A DNA stretch of 64,000 nt from Gammaproteobacteria bacterium (GCA_963422205.2 CAXMWX010000011.1:69673-133672); one strand, 5' to 3'. Positions 22,381 through 32,681 are shown, counted from the first letter of the stretch. Numbers and translations are program-made. Notes: a model not told the origin generated them from the sequence alone.

Positions 22381-23061
22381 ATGCACAAAATGACCCATCT
22401 CATCTTACCCGGCCTTGTGTTATCCGGCCTCATCACCACCACCCCGGCGTTGGCACAGGCCGAGATGAGCGATGAGGAAAAACTGAGTTATGCCCTTGGC
22501 GTGTTTTTCAGCCAGAACATTATGCAGCAGGATCTGGTGCTGGATAAAGACGCCTTTCTGCTGGCGGTGAGCGATATGCTGAACGGCCAACAGCCCAAAC
22601 TCAGCCCCGAGGAAATCAAGACGGTCTTCACCCGCTTTCGAGAACAACAGGCACAAAAGCAAAATGCGATCGCGACTAAAAATCTGGAGGCCGGGAAAAA
22701 ATTCTTGGCCGAGAACGGAAAAAAAACCGGGGTCGTGACAACCCCCAGCGGTCTGCAATATAAAATCATCCGTGCTGGCGAAGGCGAGCCGCCGGCAACT
22801 GACGCCACCTACACAGTGCATTACCGCGGCACGCTGATGGACGGGCATGAGTTTGACAGCTCCTATGCACGCCAGCAGCCCTTGACGTTCACATTAAACG
22901 GCGTCATTGCCGGCTGGCAGGAAGCCCTGCCGATGATGCGCCCTGGCGCAAAATGGCAGTTATTTATTCCGCCGGAGTTGGCCTACGGCGCCCAGGGACA
23001 AGGAGAAATTCAGCCGCAATCCACCCTGCTGTTCGATATAGAACTGTTGTCCGCAAAATAA
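22381..23061 (+). CDS. FKBP-type peptidyl-prolyl cis-trans isomerase (FkpA/Mip-like), exported
   Basis: Signal peptide ending ALAQA, a helical dimerisation region, and a C-terminal FKBP domain (YTVHYRGTLMDGHEFDSS...LFDIELL). Start trimmed to the ATG 22381. Confidence 0.8.
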   Translation: MHKMTHLILPGLVLSGLITTTPALAQAEMSDEEKLSYALGVFFSQNIMQQDLVLDKDAFLLAVSDMLNGQQPKLSPEEIKTVFTRFREQQAQKQNAIATKNLEAGKKFLAENGKKTGVVTTPSGLQYKIIRAGEGEPPATDATYTVHYRGTLMDGHEFDSSYARQQPLTFTLNGVIAGWQEALPMMRPGAKWQLFIPPELAYGAQGQGEIQPQSTLLFDIELLSAK

Positions 23062-23092
23062 CCCGCGCGCTCACCCTGGCACAGCGATACTT

Positions 23093-24400
23093 CTATTGGC
23101 GATAGTGAATACGCCAGATCCGCCCGCTGACCGAATCCGACACATAGAGCGCCCCCTGCTTATCCTCGGCCAGCCCGGTTGGTCGGTATTCCGCATCTTG
23201 CGGGCTGTTGACCGGCCCCGCACCCGCAAACCCATCGGCAAACACCTCCCAGCCGGGGCCTAACCGGCCTTCACGGTAAGGAATAAAGATCACCTGATAG
23301 CCGACCTGCTGATACGGCCCGCGGTTATATGAGCCATGAAAGGCAACAAAGGCACCGTAGCGGTAGCTGTCGGGAAACTGCTCGCCTTCGTAGAACAGCA
23401 TATCATTGGGGCTGTAGTGGGCGGGAAACGCAATGCGTGGTGCTGGATAATGGCGACACCGATCCCGCCTCTCCCCATCCCCGCCGTATTCCGGTGCGGT
23501 GATCCAGGCCATCTTCACCGGGTCAAAGTAGCAATACGGCCACGGATAAACGGCATCTGGTTCAACTTCCAGCATGACCTCGGCGGGTAACTCGGCACCT
23601 GCATTGGCATCATAGAACCCCGGCCAGAGTTCATGCAGGCCATCACGACCATGTTGCACCACAAACAAACGCTGTATCTTCGGATGCCAGTCCAGGGCAT
23701 AGGCGTTGCGGATCCCGCTGGCGTAGCGCCTGGCCGAGGCAAAATGCTGTCCGGGCGCTGAGGTGAACTGCCAGATCCCCGCCGCCGTTGCCAGTTCCTG
23801 GCAGGGATCATCACCCACCCCCCCGACTTCACCCTCGCTTAACTGACAGGCATTGCTCGGCGCCCCCATGTTCATATAAATATTACCCTGGGTATCAAAC
23901 GCAAATGGCTTACCGGCATGGCGCGCCTGGCGGGGCAGATCCGCCACCACCACCTCCTCTGAAGCGGCGATCAGCGACAGCGGCGGCGCCAGATCATACC
24001 GGTACAACGCCGTTTCGCTGGAGAAATAGAGCCGTCCCTGCCAGATGCCAATCCCCATGCCCGGCATGGTATTAATCTGCTCAAACGTATCCAGATAGCC
24101 ATCCCCATCCCCATCACGGGCAGCCAGCAGACCGCCCAGGCCAAGCCGCCGGTTACGCTGGGTGATATACAACTCGCCCGGCGTCTTGACCACAAAATGG
24201 CGGATAAACCCAAGGTTATCGGCGATCACCCGGGCGCAAAAACCGGTCGGTAACACCAGCCCGCCGTTATCAGGATCACAGGCCGGATTCCGGCTGTCTG
24301 TTGTTTGCACATCACTGGCCTGGTCTGCTTGCTGGCTGCGCTCACAGGCCGCCATACAGAGCAGCAGGACAGGCAGCAGTAAAATCAACTTGCGCCTCAT
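23093..24400 (-). CDS. PQQ-dependent sugar (sorbosone/glucose) dehydrogenase-family lipoprotein
   Basis: Start trimmed to MRRKLILLLPVLLLCMAAC (lipobox). Beta-propeller-type repeats with GIRNAYALDWHP and HGRDGL motifs resemble the YliI/sorbosone dehydrogenase family. Confidence 0.55.
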   Translation of the reverse strand: MRRKLILLLPVLLLCMAACERSQQADQASDVQTTDSRNPACDPDNGGLVLPTGFCARVIADNLGFIRHFVVKTPGELYITQRNRRLGLGGLLAARDGDGDGYLDTFEQINTMPGMGIGIWQGRLYFSSETALYRYDLAPPLSLIAASEEVVVADLPRQARHAGKPFAFDTQGNIYMNMGAPSNACQLSEGEVGGVGDDPCQELATAAGIWQFTSAPGQHFASARRYASGIRNAYALDWHPKIQRLFVVQHGRDGLHELWPGFYDANAGAELPAEVMLEVEPDAVYPWPYCYFDPVKMAWITAPEYGGDGERRDRCRHYPAPRIAFPAHYSPNDMLFYEGEQFPDSYRYGAFVAFHGSYNRGPYQQVGYQVIFIPYREGRLGPGWEVFADGFAGAGPVNSPQDAEYRPTGLAEDKQGALYVSDSVSGRIWRIHYRQ

Positions 24401-24510
24401 CAGCCCCTTAAATATCAGCGATACTAATCTGCATGTCAGCATAATAGCTGAACATTGGCCGTGGCGCATTGTCTGATAGACTGGTGGCTGTCTCATTGCC
24501 CCGCAGGAAC

Positions 24511-25017
24511 ATGAAAAACAGTGTAACCATGACAAGCGGTATTTTTCTGCTCTTTCTTTTGCTCATCAGTGGGGGGCTGCCCGTGTGGGGCGACGAGGCG
24601 GTGTGGAGCAATGAGCCAACAGCAAATATATCTCTGGCACACCGCTTATATGAGGCCGCCCGGTACGAGGCCGCCGTGCAGCAACTCAGGTATCTTATCC
24701 GGCAGCAACCTGACAATGCAAAAGCCCATCATCTGCTCGGCAAATGCTACGGCAGGCTGGCGGAGAGCGCAGGCGGGTTCAAGGCGATGGGGTTCGCTAG
24801 AAAAACCCGGAAGGCATTTGAAAAAGCGGTCGCCCTGGATGAGACCAACAGGGCAGCGATTGCCGACCTCATCACCTATTTCAAAGAGGCCCCGGGGTTT
24901 TTGGGCGGCAGTCGAAAAAAAGCAGCGGACTGGCAGAGGCGGCTCAAGGCGCTGCAAAATCACCGGCCACCCGAAGGCGCCGAACAAACCACGGCGGGCA
25001 AAGCCGCACAGCTCTAG
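24511..25017 (+). CDS. Exported TPR-like repeat protein
   Basis: Hydrophobic N-terminus plus TPR-like helices (AHRLYEAARYEAAVQQLRYLIRQQPDNAKAHHLLGKCY). Start uncertain. Confidence 0.4.
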   Translation: MKNSVTMTSGIFLLFLLLISGGLPVWGDEAVWSNEPTANISLAHRLYEAARYEAAVQQLRYLIRQQPDNAKAHHLLGKCYGRLAESAGGFKAMGFARKTRKAFEKAVALDETNRAAIADLITYFKEAPGFLGGSRKKAADWQRRLKALQNHRPPEGAEQTTAGKAAQL

Positions 25018-25106
25018 GCAGACACCGACCGATTGCCCGCCAGGTATTTCAGATTAGGCGGCAGACGTTATATAATCACCCAGGCAACCTCAACAACACT
25101 GAACAC

Positions 25107-27233
25107 ATGCAAGGAATTAGACTCTTTCTCTCCGGTTTGCCCGTCTTTTTGCCAGCAGCACTGCTCATCCTGCACACCACCGCCCATGCTGTCGTGCAGA
25201 CCGTGCCGTTAGAGCAACTGGTACCGACAAAAAAACATGCACGAGTCACCGAGATCATTCTGCATGTTATCGATACCTACCACTACAAAAACAGACCGCT
25301 GGATGATGCGTTATCCAGCCAAATCCTCGACAACTATCTGGACAGTCTCGACGGTAATAAAAGTTACTTCCTGAGAAGTGATATTGCCCGGTTTGAACAA
25401 CACCGCTATCAATTCGATGAGGCGCTGCTGCACGCCAGGCTTCAGCTTGCCTTTGATATATTCAAAGTCTACCGACAAAGAGTCATTGACCGGTCGGACT
25501 ATGCCCGGCACCTGCTCAAGCAGCCGTTTGATTTCAGCCAGGATGAGGACTATCAGTTTGACCGTCGGGAAACAGACTGGGCAGCCGATAAAACGGTGCT
25601 GGATGAGTGGTGGCGGAAACGGGTTAAAAATGATTTCCTTGGCCTTAAATTGGCTGGCAAGGAAGATGCTGACATCATCAGCACATTGGACAAACGTTAC
25701 GCCCGGCTGGCAGACAGCACAGTGCAGCTAACTGCCGATGATATCTTTCAAACCTTTATCAACGCCTATACCACTGCGATAGAGCCACATACCGCCTACT
25801 TCTCACCACGTTCATCGGAAAATTTCGATATCAGTATGCGCCTGTCCCTGGAGGGCATAGGGGCGGTGCTGCGCTCCGATAACGACTATACGGTGGTGCA
25901 GAAAGTCATCCCGGGTGGGCCGGCTGATCTCAACGGCCAATTACAATCGGAGGATAAAATCATCGGTGTCGGTCAGGAGGCCGCCGGCGAGATGCTGGAT
26001 GTTATCGGCTGGCGGCTGGACGATGTGGTTGATTTGATTCGCGGCCCGAAAGACTCCATCGTGCGCCTGGAGGTGATGGCGAAGGACTCAGGCCTTGAAG
26101 GGCCGACCCGCATCATCCAGATAACCCGTGATGAGATTAAGCTGGAAGAGCAGGCAGCCAAATCCGATATTCTGGAGCTTGAAAACGGCGGCAGGATCGG
26201 GGTCATTGATGTACCGACATTCTACAGTGATTTTGCCGCCCAGGCGCGGGGCGAAAAAACATTCAAAAGCACCAGCCGTGATACCCGCCAGATCATCGCC
26301 GATCTGAAACAGCAGAATATTGATGGACTGATCATCGATCTGCGCGGCAATGGTGGCGGTTCTTTATCGGAGGCACTGGAATTTACTGGCCTGTTCATAG
26401 AAAAAGGGCCGATCGTACAAACCAGGGATGCCGCCGGACGCATTGATGTCAATCATGATCCCGACCCCGGCATCGCCTACGGCGGGCCACTTGCCGTTCT
26501 GGTCGACAGAAACAGTGCCTCGGCCTCGGAAATTTTCTCCGGGGCGATCCAGGATTACAAGCGCGGCATTATCGTCGGCGAGCCGACCTTCGGCAAAGGC
26601 ACGGTGCAGAATATCGTTGATCTCAACACAGTACAGAATATCGTCGACCTCAGTCGCCTCTCGCGCCAGCCGGATGGGGATTACGGTCGGCTGAAGACAA
26701 CGATCGCACAATTTTTTCGCATCAGCGGCGGCAGTAATCAATTTACCGGCGTGATCCCCGACATCATCATGCCGACAGCGGCATACGGCGATGAACATGG
26801 CGAGCGCGCACTGGATCATGCCTTGCCCTGGGCGCAGATAAAGCCCGCCCGGTACCTCATCGCCAGCGCACCGGTCGACAGTTTCAGCCGCATTAAAAAA
26901 CGGCACGAAGCGCGTATTGAAAACCATGCACTGTTTCAGCAACTGCTGGCGGATTTGGCGAACAGCTACCAGCGTGGCAACAGAAAAACCATCTCGCTGC
27001 TAAAGAGCAAACGGCAACAGGAAAGAGAAACCTTACTGGCTGAAAAGCATCGGCTAAGAAAGGCATTTCGGCGGGCGCAGGGCCTGCCTCCCCTGCCCGA
27101 AGATGCCGAGCTTGACGACAAACCCGCAGAGCAAGAGCAGGAAAAACCTTTGGATCTGGTACTGCAAGAGGCCGCACAGATACTCGCAGATCTGCTTACG
27201 CCGCCATCACACACCGCCAGCACAGGCCCGTAG
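25107..27233 (+). CDS. prc: Tail-specific (C-terminal processing) protease
   Basis: 708 aa with a signal peptide, a PDZ region, the S41 catalytic region (RGNGGGSL, SASASEIF, GEPTFGKGTVQ) and a long C-terminal domain. Confidence 0.88.
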   Translation: MQGIRLFLSGLPVFLPAALLILHTTAHAVVQTVPLEQLVPTKKHARVTEIILHVIDTYHYKNRPLDDALSSQILDNYLDSLDGNKSYFLRSDIARFEQHRYQFDEALLHARLQLAFDIFKVYRQRVIDRSDYARHLLKQPFDFSQDEDYQFDRRETDWAADKTVLDEWWRKRVKNDFLGLKLAGKEDADIISTLDKRYARLADSTVQLTADDIFQTFINAYTTAIEPHTAYFSPRSSENFDISMRLSLEGIGAVLRSDNDYTVVQKVIPGGPADLNGQLQSEDKIIGVGQEAAGEMLDVIGWRLDDVVDLIRGPKDSIVRLEVMAKDSGLEGPTRIIQITRDEIKLEEQAAKSDILELENGGRIGVIDVPTFYSDFAAQARGEKTFKSTSRDTRQIIADLKQQNIDGLIIDLRGNGGGSLSEALEFTGLFIEKGPIVQTRDAAGRIDVNHDPDPGIAYGGPLAVLVDRNSASASEIFSGAIQDYKRGIIVGEPTFGKGTVQNIVDLNTVQNIVDLSRLSRQPDGDYGRLKTTIAQFFRISGGSNQFTGVIPDIIMPTAAYGDEHGERALDHALPWAQIKPARYLIASAPVDSFSRIKKRHEARIENHALFQQLLADLANSYQRGNRKTISLLKSKRQQERETLLAEKHRLRKAFRRAQGLPPLPEDAELDDKPAEQEQEKPLDLVLQEAAQILADLLTPPSHTASTGP

Positions 27234-27287
27234 TGCCTTGCCTCACGCGCCCTTTATCATGGGGGGATAAGTACAATCCGGCAGCGG

Positions 27288-28745
27288 TTACGCTCGGCCG
27301 AAATCATCATCGAAACGCACGATATCATCCTCGCCCAAATAACCGCCTATCTGCACCTCAATGACTTCCAAATCCTGTTTGGCGTTATTGGCCAGGCGAT
27401 GTTTGGTGCCGACCTCAATATAAATCGATTCATTCACGCCCAATTCATGCACCTCATCGCCACACGTGACCGTAGCATGGCCCTTCACGATGACCCAATG
27501 CTCTGTGCGCTGGTGGTGCAGTTGCAGTGAGATTTTTTTCCCCGGCTTCACCAGCAGGCGTTTGACCTGATAGCCGGGCGCCGATTGTATGGATTCATAA
27601 CCGCCCCAGGGACGATGCGTAAAAGCGCTGCTGCGTAACTCCTCACGATTTTGCTGCTGCAGGATACCGATCAGGTGCGTCATCTGCTGTGAGCCCCGTC
27701 GATCCATCACCATAACCGCATCTGCGGTTTCTATCACCGCCAGATTATCACAGCCAAGCGCCGCCACCAGGCGGGACTCCGCCTGTACCAGCGTATTACT
27801 GCACCCATGCAACACCACATCGCCAGCCATGACATTCTTGTTCTCATCACATCGAGCCGGATCACCCTGGCCCTGTGACCATACGGCATCCCAGGAACCG
27901 ACATCAGACCAGGCAACATCGGCAGGGATCACATACGCTGATATCGCCTGTAGTTCTTGCAGACGTTCCAGCACCGCATAATCCACCGAATCGGCTGGGC
28001 ATTTTTCAAATTCATCGTTATCAAGATGGTAGAAAACACCCTCGGCCCTGCCACCCGTCCAGGCCGCCTGGCATGCAGCAGATATGTCCGGCGCCAGTTG
28101 CCGTACAGACTCCCGCCAGAGAGAAGTACGCAACATAAACATACCGCTATTCCAAAGATAATCCCTTGTCGCACAATAGCGCTCTGCTGTTTGCTGGTCA
28201 GGCTTCTCCGCAAAACGTTCAATCAGAAACACATCAACACCGCCAGCAGACGGGGCTTTTCTCTGGCCTTTTTTAATGTAGCCATAGGCCGTATTCGCCG
28301 CCGTCGGCCTGATGCCAAAGGTCACAATGTGCCCGGCCTCAGCATACGCCATGCCAGCGGCCAGGGTCTGTTCGAATTTTTCAACATCAGCGATGCTGTG
28401 ATCGGCGGGCAGCATCAGCAGGACAGTATCTTTCTCTTGCGCCAATGCAGCGAGGGTCAAGGCCGGGGCCGTGTTACGCCCCACCGGTTCCAGGATAATC
28501 GACTGAACAGCCTCGTCAATGGCCGCCGCCTGTTCCTGCACAACAAAGCGATGTACCTCATTACAGACCAGCAGGGTCGGCAACACATCAAGCCGCTCAT
28601 GCAGGCCACGTATTCTCAGCAGGGTAGCCTGCAACAGAGAATGCTCGCCAAACAAGCGCAAAAACTGCTTGGGATAATGCTGCCTTGATAACGGCCACAG
28701 ACGTGTACCTGAACCACCAGCCAGAATAACGGGGCATAGCTTCAT
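27288..28745 (-). CDS. manC: Bifunctional mannose-1-phosphate guanylyltransferase / mannose-6-phosphate isomerase (type II PMI)
   Basis: 485 aa. N-terminal ILAGGSGTRLWPLSR nucleotidyltransferase motif and a C-terminal cupin with RPWGGYE...HHQRTEHWVIVKG. Confidence 0.88.
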   Translation of the reverse strand: MKLCPVILAGGSGTRLWPLSRQHYPKQFLRLFGEHSLLQATLLRIRGLHERLDVLPTLLVCNEVHRFVVQEQAAAIDEAVQSIILEPVGRNTAPALTLAALAQEKDTVLLMLPADHSIADVEKFEQTLAAGMAYAEAGHIVTFGIRPTAANTAYGYIKKGQRKAPSAGGVDVFLIERFAEKPDQQTAERYCATRDYLWNSGMFMLRTSLWRESVRQLAPDISAACQAAWTGGRAEGVFYHLDNDEFEKCPADSVDYAVLERLQELQAISAYVIPADVAWSDVGSWDAVWSQGQGDPARCDENKNVMAGDVVLHGCSNTLVQAESRLVAALGCDNLAVIETADAVMVMDRRGSQQMTHLIGILQQQNREELRSSAFTHRPWGGYESIQSAPGYQVKRLLVKPGKKISLQLHHQRTEHWVIVKGHATVTCGDEVHELGVNESIYIEVGTKHRLANNAKQDLEVIEVQIGGYLGEDDIVRFDDDFGRA

Positions 28746-28902
28746 CGTGTTCTCAGATTGGTCATATCATGCTATGCCAGTTTAGAGGATAAGGCATATC
28801 TAACTTAACTAAGGCAACATCAGCGCTGCGCCTCATTTTTCAACAATACTTCTGGCATCTGTCAGGTCGGTTACTATAGACTATTATTTTCCCCATTCAA
28901 CC

Positions 28903-29859
28903 TTGAGATCAGTGACCACTGGCTTTATCTACAGCGACAGTTTTCTGGCACACGACACCGGCAGTGGCCATCCAGAGTGCCCGGCGCGCTTGCAGGCGGT
29001 GATGTCGTATTTATCCGCACAGCCGCTATACCAGAAACTGCGATCATACGATGTACGCCCGGCGGATCTGGCCTTGATACACAGCAACCACGACAGCGAT
29101 TATATCGGCCGTGCCAGGCAGACCTGCCTGGCAGGTGCGCCCTTTCTGGACTGCATGGATGTCGCCGTTTCTCAGCAATCCTATGACATTGCCCTGCTGG
29201 CGACTGGCGCCGCGCTGACCCTGGCCGACCGCATGATGACCGGAGAGATCAGTAACGGCTTCGCCCTGGTGCGCCCGCCAGGCCACCATGCCGAGCGTAA
29301 CCAGGCGCTGGGGTTTTGCCTGTTCAACAATGTCGCCATCCTGGCCCGGTATCTGCAGGCTGAGTATGCGCTGGAGAAGATCGCCATCATCGATTGGGAT
29401 GTGCATCATGGCAATGGCACACAGCATGCCTTCGAATCCGACCCGTCGGTGTTGTACATCAGTACGCATCAATACCCCTATTATCCCGGCACGGGCGCTT
29501 ACTCGGAGACGGGCATCGGCCAGGGCCGGGGCGCCACGCTGAACTGCCCCATGCCGGCTGGCAGCGGCGATGCCGATTATGAACGCGCCTTCACCGAACA
29601 GATACTGCCGACCATCAGCCGCTTCCGGCCGGAGTGTCTGCTCATCTCGGCGGGTTTTGATGCCCACAAAGATGATCCGCTCGGTCAAATTGAATTGAGC
29701 ACGCCGTTCTTTGGCTGGATGACCCGGCGCCTGCTGGAGGTGGCCGATCAGCATTGCCAGGGACGGATGATCTCTGTGCTGGAAGGCGGCTATGATCTGA
29801 CCGCCCTGCCGCTGTGTGTTGTCAAGCACCTGCAAGTGATGGCCGGTGCGCCCGCATGA
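28903..29859 (+). CDS. Histone deacetylase-family (class II HDAC / acetylpolyamine amidohydrolase-like) protein
   Basis: RPPGHHA, IIDWDVHHGNGTQ and SAGFDAH...DPLG zinc-site motifs. The start is the TTG 28903 or the GTG 28912. Confidence 0.8.
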   Translation: MRSVTTGFIYSDSFLAHDTGSGHPECPARLQAVMSYLSAQPLYQKLRSYDVRPADLALIHSNHDSDYIGRARQTCLAGAPFLDCMDVAVSQQSYDIALLATGAALTLADRMMTGEISNGFALVRPPGHHAERNQALGFCLFNNVAILARYLQAEYALEKIAIIDWDVHHGNGTQHAFESDPSVLYISTHQYPYYPGTGAYSETGIGQGRGATLNCPMPAGSGDADYERAFTEQILPTISRFRPECLLISAGFDAHKDDPLGQIELSTPFFGWMTRRLLEVADQHCQGRMISVLEGGYDLTALPLCVVKHLQVMAGAPA

Positions 29860-31241
29860 TACAGGTGGCGCTGAAGGCCCTGGGTTGCCGACTGAACGAG
29901 GCCGAGCTGGAAGCCTGGGCGCAGCAATTCAAACACTACGGCTATGGCATAACCGGCGATGTTGCACAGGCGGATCTGCTGGTGATCAACACCTGCGCCG
30001 TCACCCGGGAAGCGGTAAAAAAATCGCGGCAGCTCATCAGACGAAGCCAACGCCGCAACCCCAACGCCAGGCTGGTGGTCAGCGGCTGTTATGCCAGCCT
30101 TGCCCGCACGGCTGACGATAGGCCGCCGCTTGCCCCTGCCAGCGACCTGGCAGGCATCGATCTGCTGATCCCCAATCAGGATAAAGAGACGCTGGTGGCG
30201 CATGTACATCGGCAACTGGGCGCACGGCTCAAACCGCCGCCTGCCGGTGAAGCTGATACCAGAACCCATGCCGATGCCGATGCCCCTGCCGACGACCAGA
30301 CTCAACACAGGCGTAACCGCGCCTTTATCAAGGTGCAGGATGGCTGTCGTTATCAATGCACTTTCTGCATCGTCACCGTTGCCCGCGGCGATGAGCGCAG
30401 CAAGCCCGTCAGGCAGGTGGTTGATGAGATCAATGCAGCGCAGGCACAAGGCATCAAAGAGATCGTACTGACCGGTGTGCATATTGGCGGTTACGGCAGC
30501 GATGCGGACACCAGCCTGGTTACACTCATCCAGACCATCATCAAAGAGACGGATATCCCCCGCATACGCCTAGGCTCGGTTGAGCCGTGGAATTTGGGTG
30601 AGGACTTCCTGGCCCTGTTTACCCACGCCAGGATGATGCCGCATCTGCACCTGCCCATGCAGAGCGGTGCAGATACTGTGCTGAGACGCATGGCCAGGCG
30701 CTGTAAAACCGCTGCGTTTATCGACTGGCTGGTCGTGGCCAGAGAGCAGGTTCAGGACCTGAATATCACCACGGATATGATCGTCGGTTTCCCCGGTGAG
30801 ACTGACAGCGAATGGCAGCAAACCCTGGCCTTCGTGCGGGCTTGTCGGTTCTCCCATATCCATATCTTCCCCTACTCGGCAAGACCGGGTACGTACGCCG
30901 CTTCGCTGCCCGGGCAGGTGGACGCCGCCACCAAAAAACAGCGCTGTCGGGCGCTGCGATCACTCGCCGAGGCGATGAAGCTGGCGTATATGCAAACCTT
31001 CATCGGCCGGGAATGTGAGGTATTGATCGAACATGCCCGGGATGTGCATGACGGCGAGGCGGCATATTCAGGGTACGCACCGAACTACCTCAGAGTCGCC
31101 ATCCCGGCACAACAAGGCAAGCCATACATCAACCGCATCGTACCCGTGCAAATAACCGGCTACAGCCAGGCACAACAACGATTGCAAGGCCAACTGCGGC
31201 CTCATCGCCCCGGCCCGAGGAGATCGCCAGCGAGATCATAA
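29856..31241 (+). CDS. mtaB: Radical-SAM methylthiotransferase, MtaB-like
   Basis: N-terminal MTTase domain (LGCRLNEAE), a radical-SAM CRYQCTFC cluster motif and a TRAM-like C-terminus. The ATG at 29856 overlaps the HDAC stop (ATGA). Confidence 0.7.
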   Translation: MIQVALKALGCRLNEAELEAWAQQFKHYGYGITGDVAQADLLVINTCAVTREAVKKSRQLIRRSQRRNPNARLVVSGCYASLARTADDRPPLAPASDLAGIDLLIPNQDKETLVAHVHRQLGARLKPPPAGEADTRTHADADAPADDQTQHRRNRAFIKVQDGCRYQCTFCIVTVARGDERSKPVRQVVDEINAAQAQGIKEIVLTGVHIGGYGSDADTSLVTLIQTIIKETDIPRIRLGSVEPWNLGEDFLALFTHARMMPHLHLPMQSGADTVLRRMARRCKTAAFIDWLVVAREQVQDLNITTDMIVGFPGETDSEWQQTLAFVRACRFSHIHIFPYSARPGTYAASLPGQVDAATKKQRCRALRSLAEAMKLAYMQTFIGRECEVLIEHARDVHDGEAAYSGYAPNYLRVAIPAQQGKPYINRIVPVQITGYSQAQQRLQGQLRPHRPGPRRSPARS

Positions 31242-31474
31242 GCATGGCAGGCTCAATCAGGCAAGCCAGCGTGCGCGGTGACATACAGGAACAGCTCGCT
31301 TGACCTTCAGGGCGTGCATGGCGCAATCCACCAATACTGCCGGGATGCTGCCGACCTCTCCGGGCGGTGGCATCGGCCTGTTTGCCCAGTGGGCAATGCC
31401 TTATTTAACCGCCCATCATAGTCATCACGATATAAGCAAGTCATCCACATAACCGCCCGTGGCCCCAGGCGCCC

Positions 31475-31906
31475 TCACTTTATCTGTGTACCTTGCAGAG
31501 ACTGTCGGATACCTGCAATCGCAGCGAGGCTGTAATTGACACGCTGGTATTCACGTTCGATCGCCGCCAGGTCATGAAATGCCCCCAGCATGGGCGGATT
31601 TTTCAGCACGGCATGCGCCTCTGCCATCGCATGACTCATCTCTCTTGCCCGTACTGGTGGCAGCTTCACACCCCATAACTCGGCTTTTAATTGACCTAGC
31701 TGTCTGCGTAACTCGCCCCTGGCCTGCTTGAGAAGGTCATAGTGTTGCCGCATCTCAGTGACACGCTGTTCAGCAACATAGGGGTCAACAGGTGCAGCTT
31801 GCGCTGGTTCACTGACCGGTCGGCTTGCCACTGGCGCCCTGTTCATGAAGACAAAAACAGCGAGCACGATGATGAGCGCCAGGGAAAAAAGAAGAAAGAT
31901 TTTCAT
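31475..31906 (-). CDS. Hypothetical membrane-anchored coiled-coil protein
   Basis: 143-aa ORF with an N-terminal TM helix (IFLLFSLALIIVLAVFVF) and a helical charged remainder. I recognise no family. Confidence 0.4.
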   Translation of the reverse strand: MKIFLLFSLALIIVLAVFVFMNRAPVASRPVSEPAQAAPVDPYVAEQRVTEMRQHYDLLKQARGELRRQLGQLKAELWGVKLPPVRAREMSHAMAEAHAVLKNPPMLGAFHDLAAIEREYQRVNYSLAAIAGIRQSLQGTQIK

Positions 31907-32225
31907 GGATTGGGCTTGATGCGGCCTGGTACAGCAGACGATTCATAGAAATCATCAGTATATTCAGAAAATAAAATTTATTTATCAATATGTTATATTA
32001 ATTTTCACAGAATTAATATGTAAAGTTAAATATCATAAACATTATTTAAAATACTATTATTTAAAGATTTTTCTTGATCTAACTCGTAATTTATTCTACA
32101 ACTGTTTCTCTGTATTTTCCCCGTACAGTTTGGATAATTTAATGATAACTCAACGATTTAAGAGATTTAGTAAAAAAATATCTCAACACAGGACGACATG
32201 TCTTCACCTGAGTGCATTGTACAAC

Positions 32226-32660
32226 ATGCCGATCACCGACCAGCAGACCGGTTTTATTTATCATCCCCACGGTTTTCCGTTGGAATACAAACGCATCTGG
32301 TTTGCCTGGCGACAGCAAACCCAGGATCCATCCGAGACCAGCGATATGGGCTTGATCTTCCGCGCTGAGAAATATTTTCGCCCCGGCGCTACCCTGGAGT
32401 TGACCATTCCATTGCATAACGAAACCGAAAAATTTCGCGGTAAAGTCGTCATGGTACGCAACATGGGCGAGCATTTCGAGATTGGCCTGTGGTTACAACG
32501 CCGGGCCGATGCCAGCCGCGTGCGTATTGTCGAGCAAATCTGCCATATTGAGGTCTACCTGAAAGAGAAGAAATACCGCGAGGGGCCCTATGCCCTCAAT
32601 CGTGACAGGGCGGCCGCTGAGTGGATCACCAAATACGCCAGCACTGTGCCCTCGCTGTAG
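32226..32660 (+). CDS. Hypothetical protein, possibly PilZ-like beta-barrel
   Basis: Start trimmed to the ATG 32226, because the first 32 codons of the track ORF lie in an AT-rich promoter-like tract. The segment GATLELTIPL...FRGKVVMVRNMGEHFEIGLWL resembles PilZ-domain strands, but I see no RxxxR motif. Confidence 0.35.
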   Translation: MPITDQQTGFIYHPHGFPLEYKRIWFAWRQQTQDPSETSDMGLIFRAEKYFRPGATLELTIPLHNETEKFRGKVVMVRNMGEHFEIGLWLQRRADASRVRIVEQICHIEVYLKEKKYREGPYALNRDRAAAEWITKYASTVPSL

Positions 32661-32681
32661 ATGATCGCTGGTCTCGCCAGA

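Noticed and set aside
31318-31452. A 44-codon ORF (MAQSTNTAGMLPTSPGGGIGLFAQWAMPYLTAHHSHHDISKSST) with a His-rich end, downstream of mtaB.
   Set aside because: It is below the track threshold, has no clear Shine-Dalgarno sequence and no recognisable family. It cannot be supported from sequence alone.
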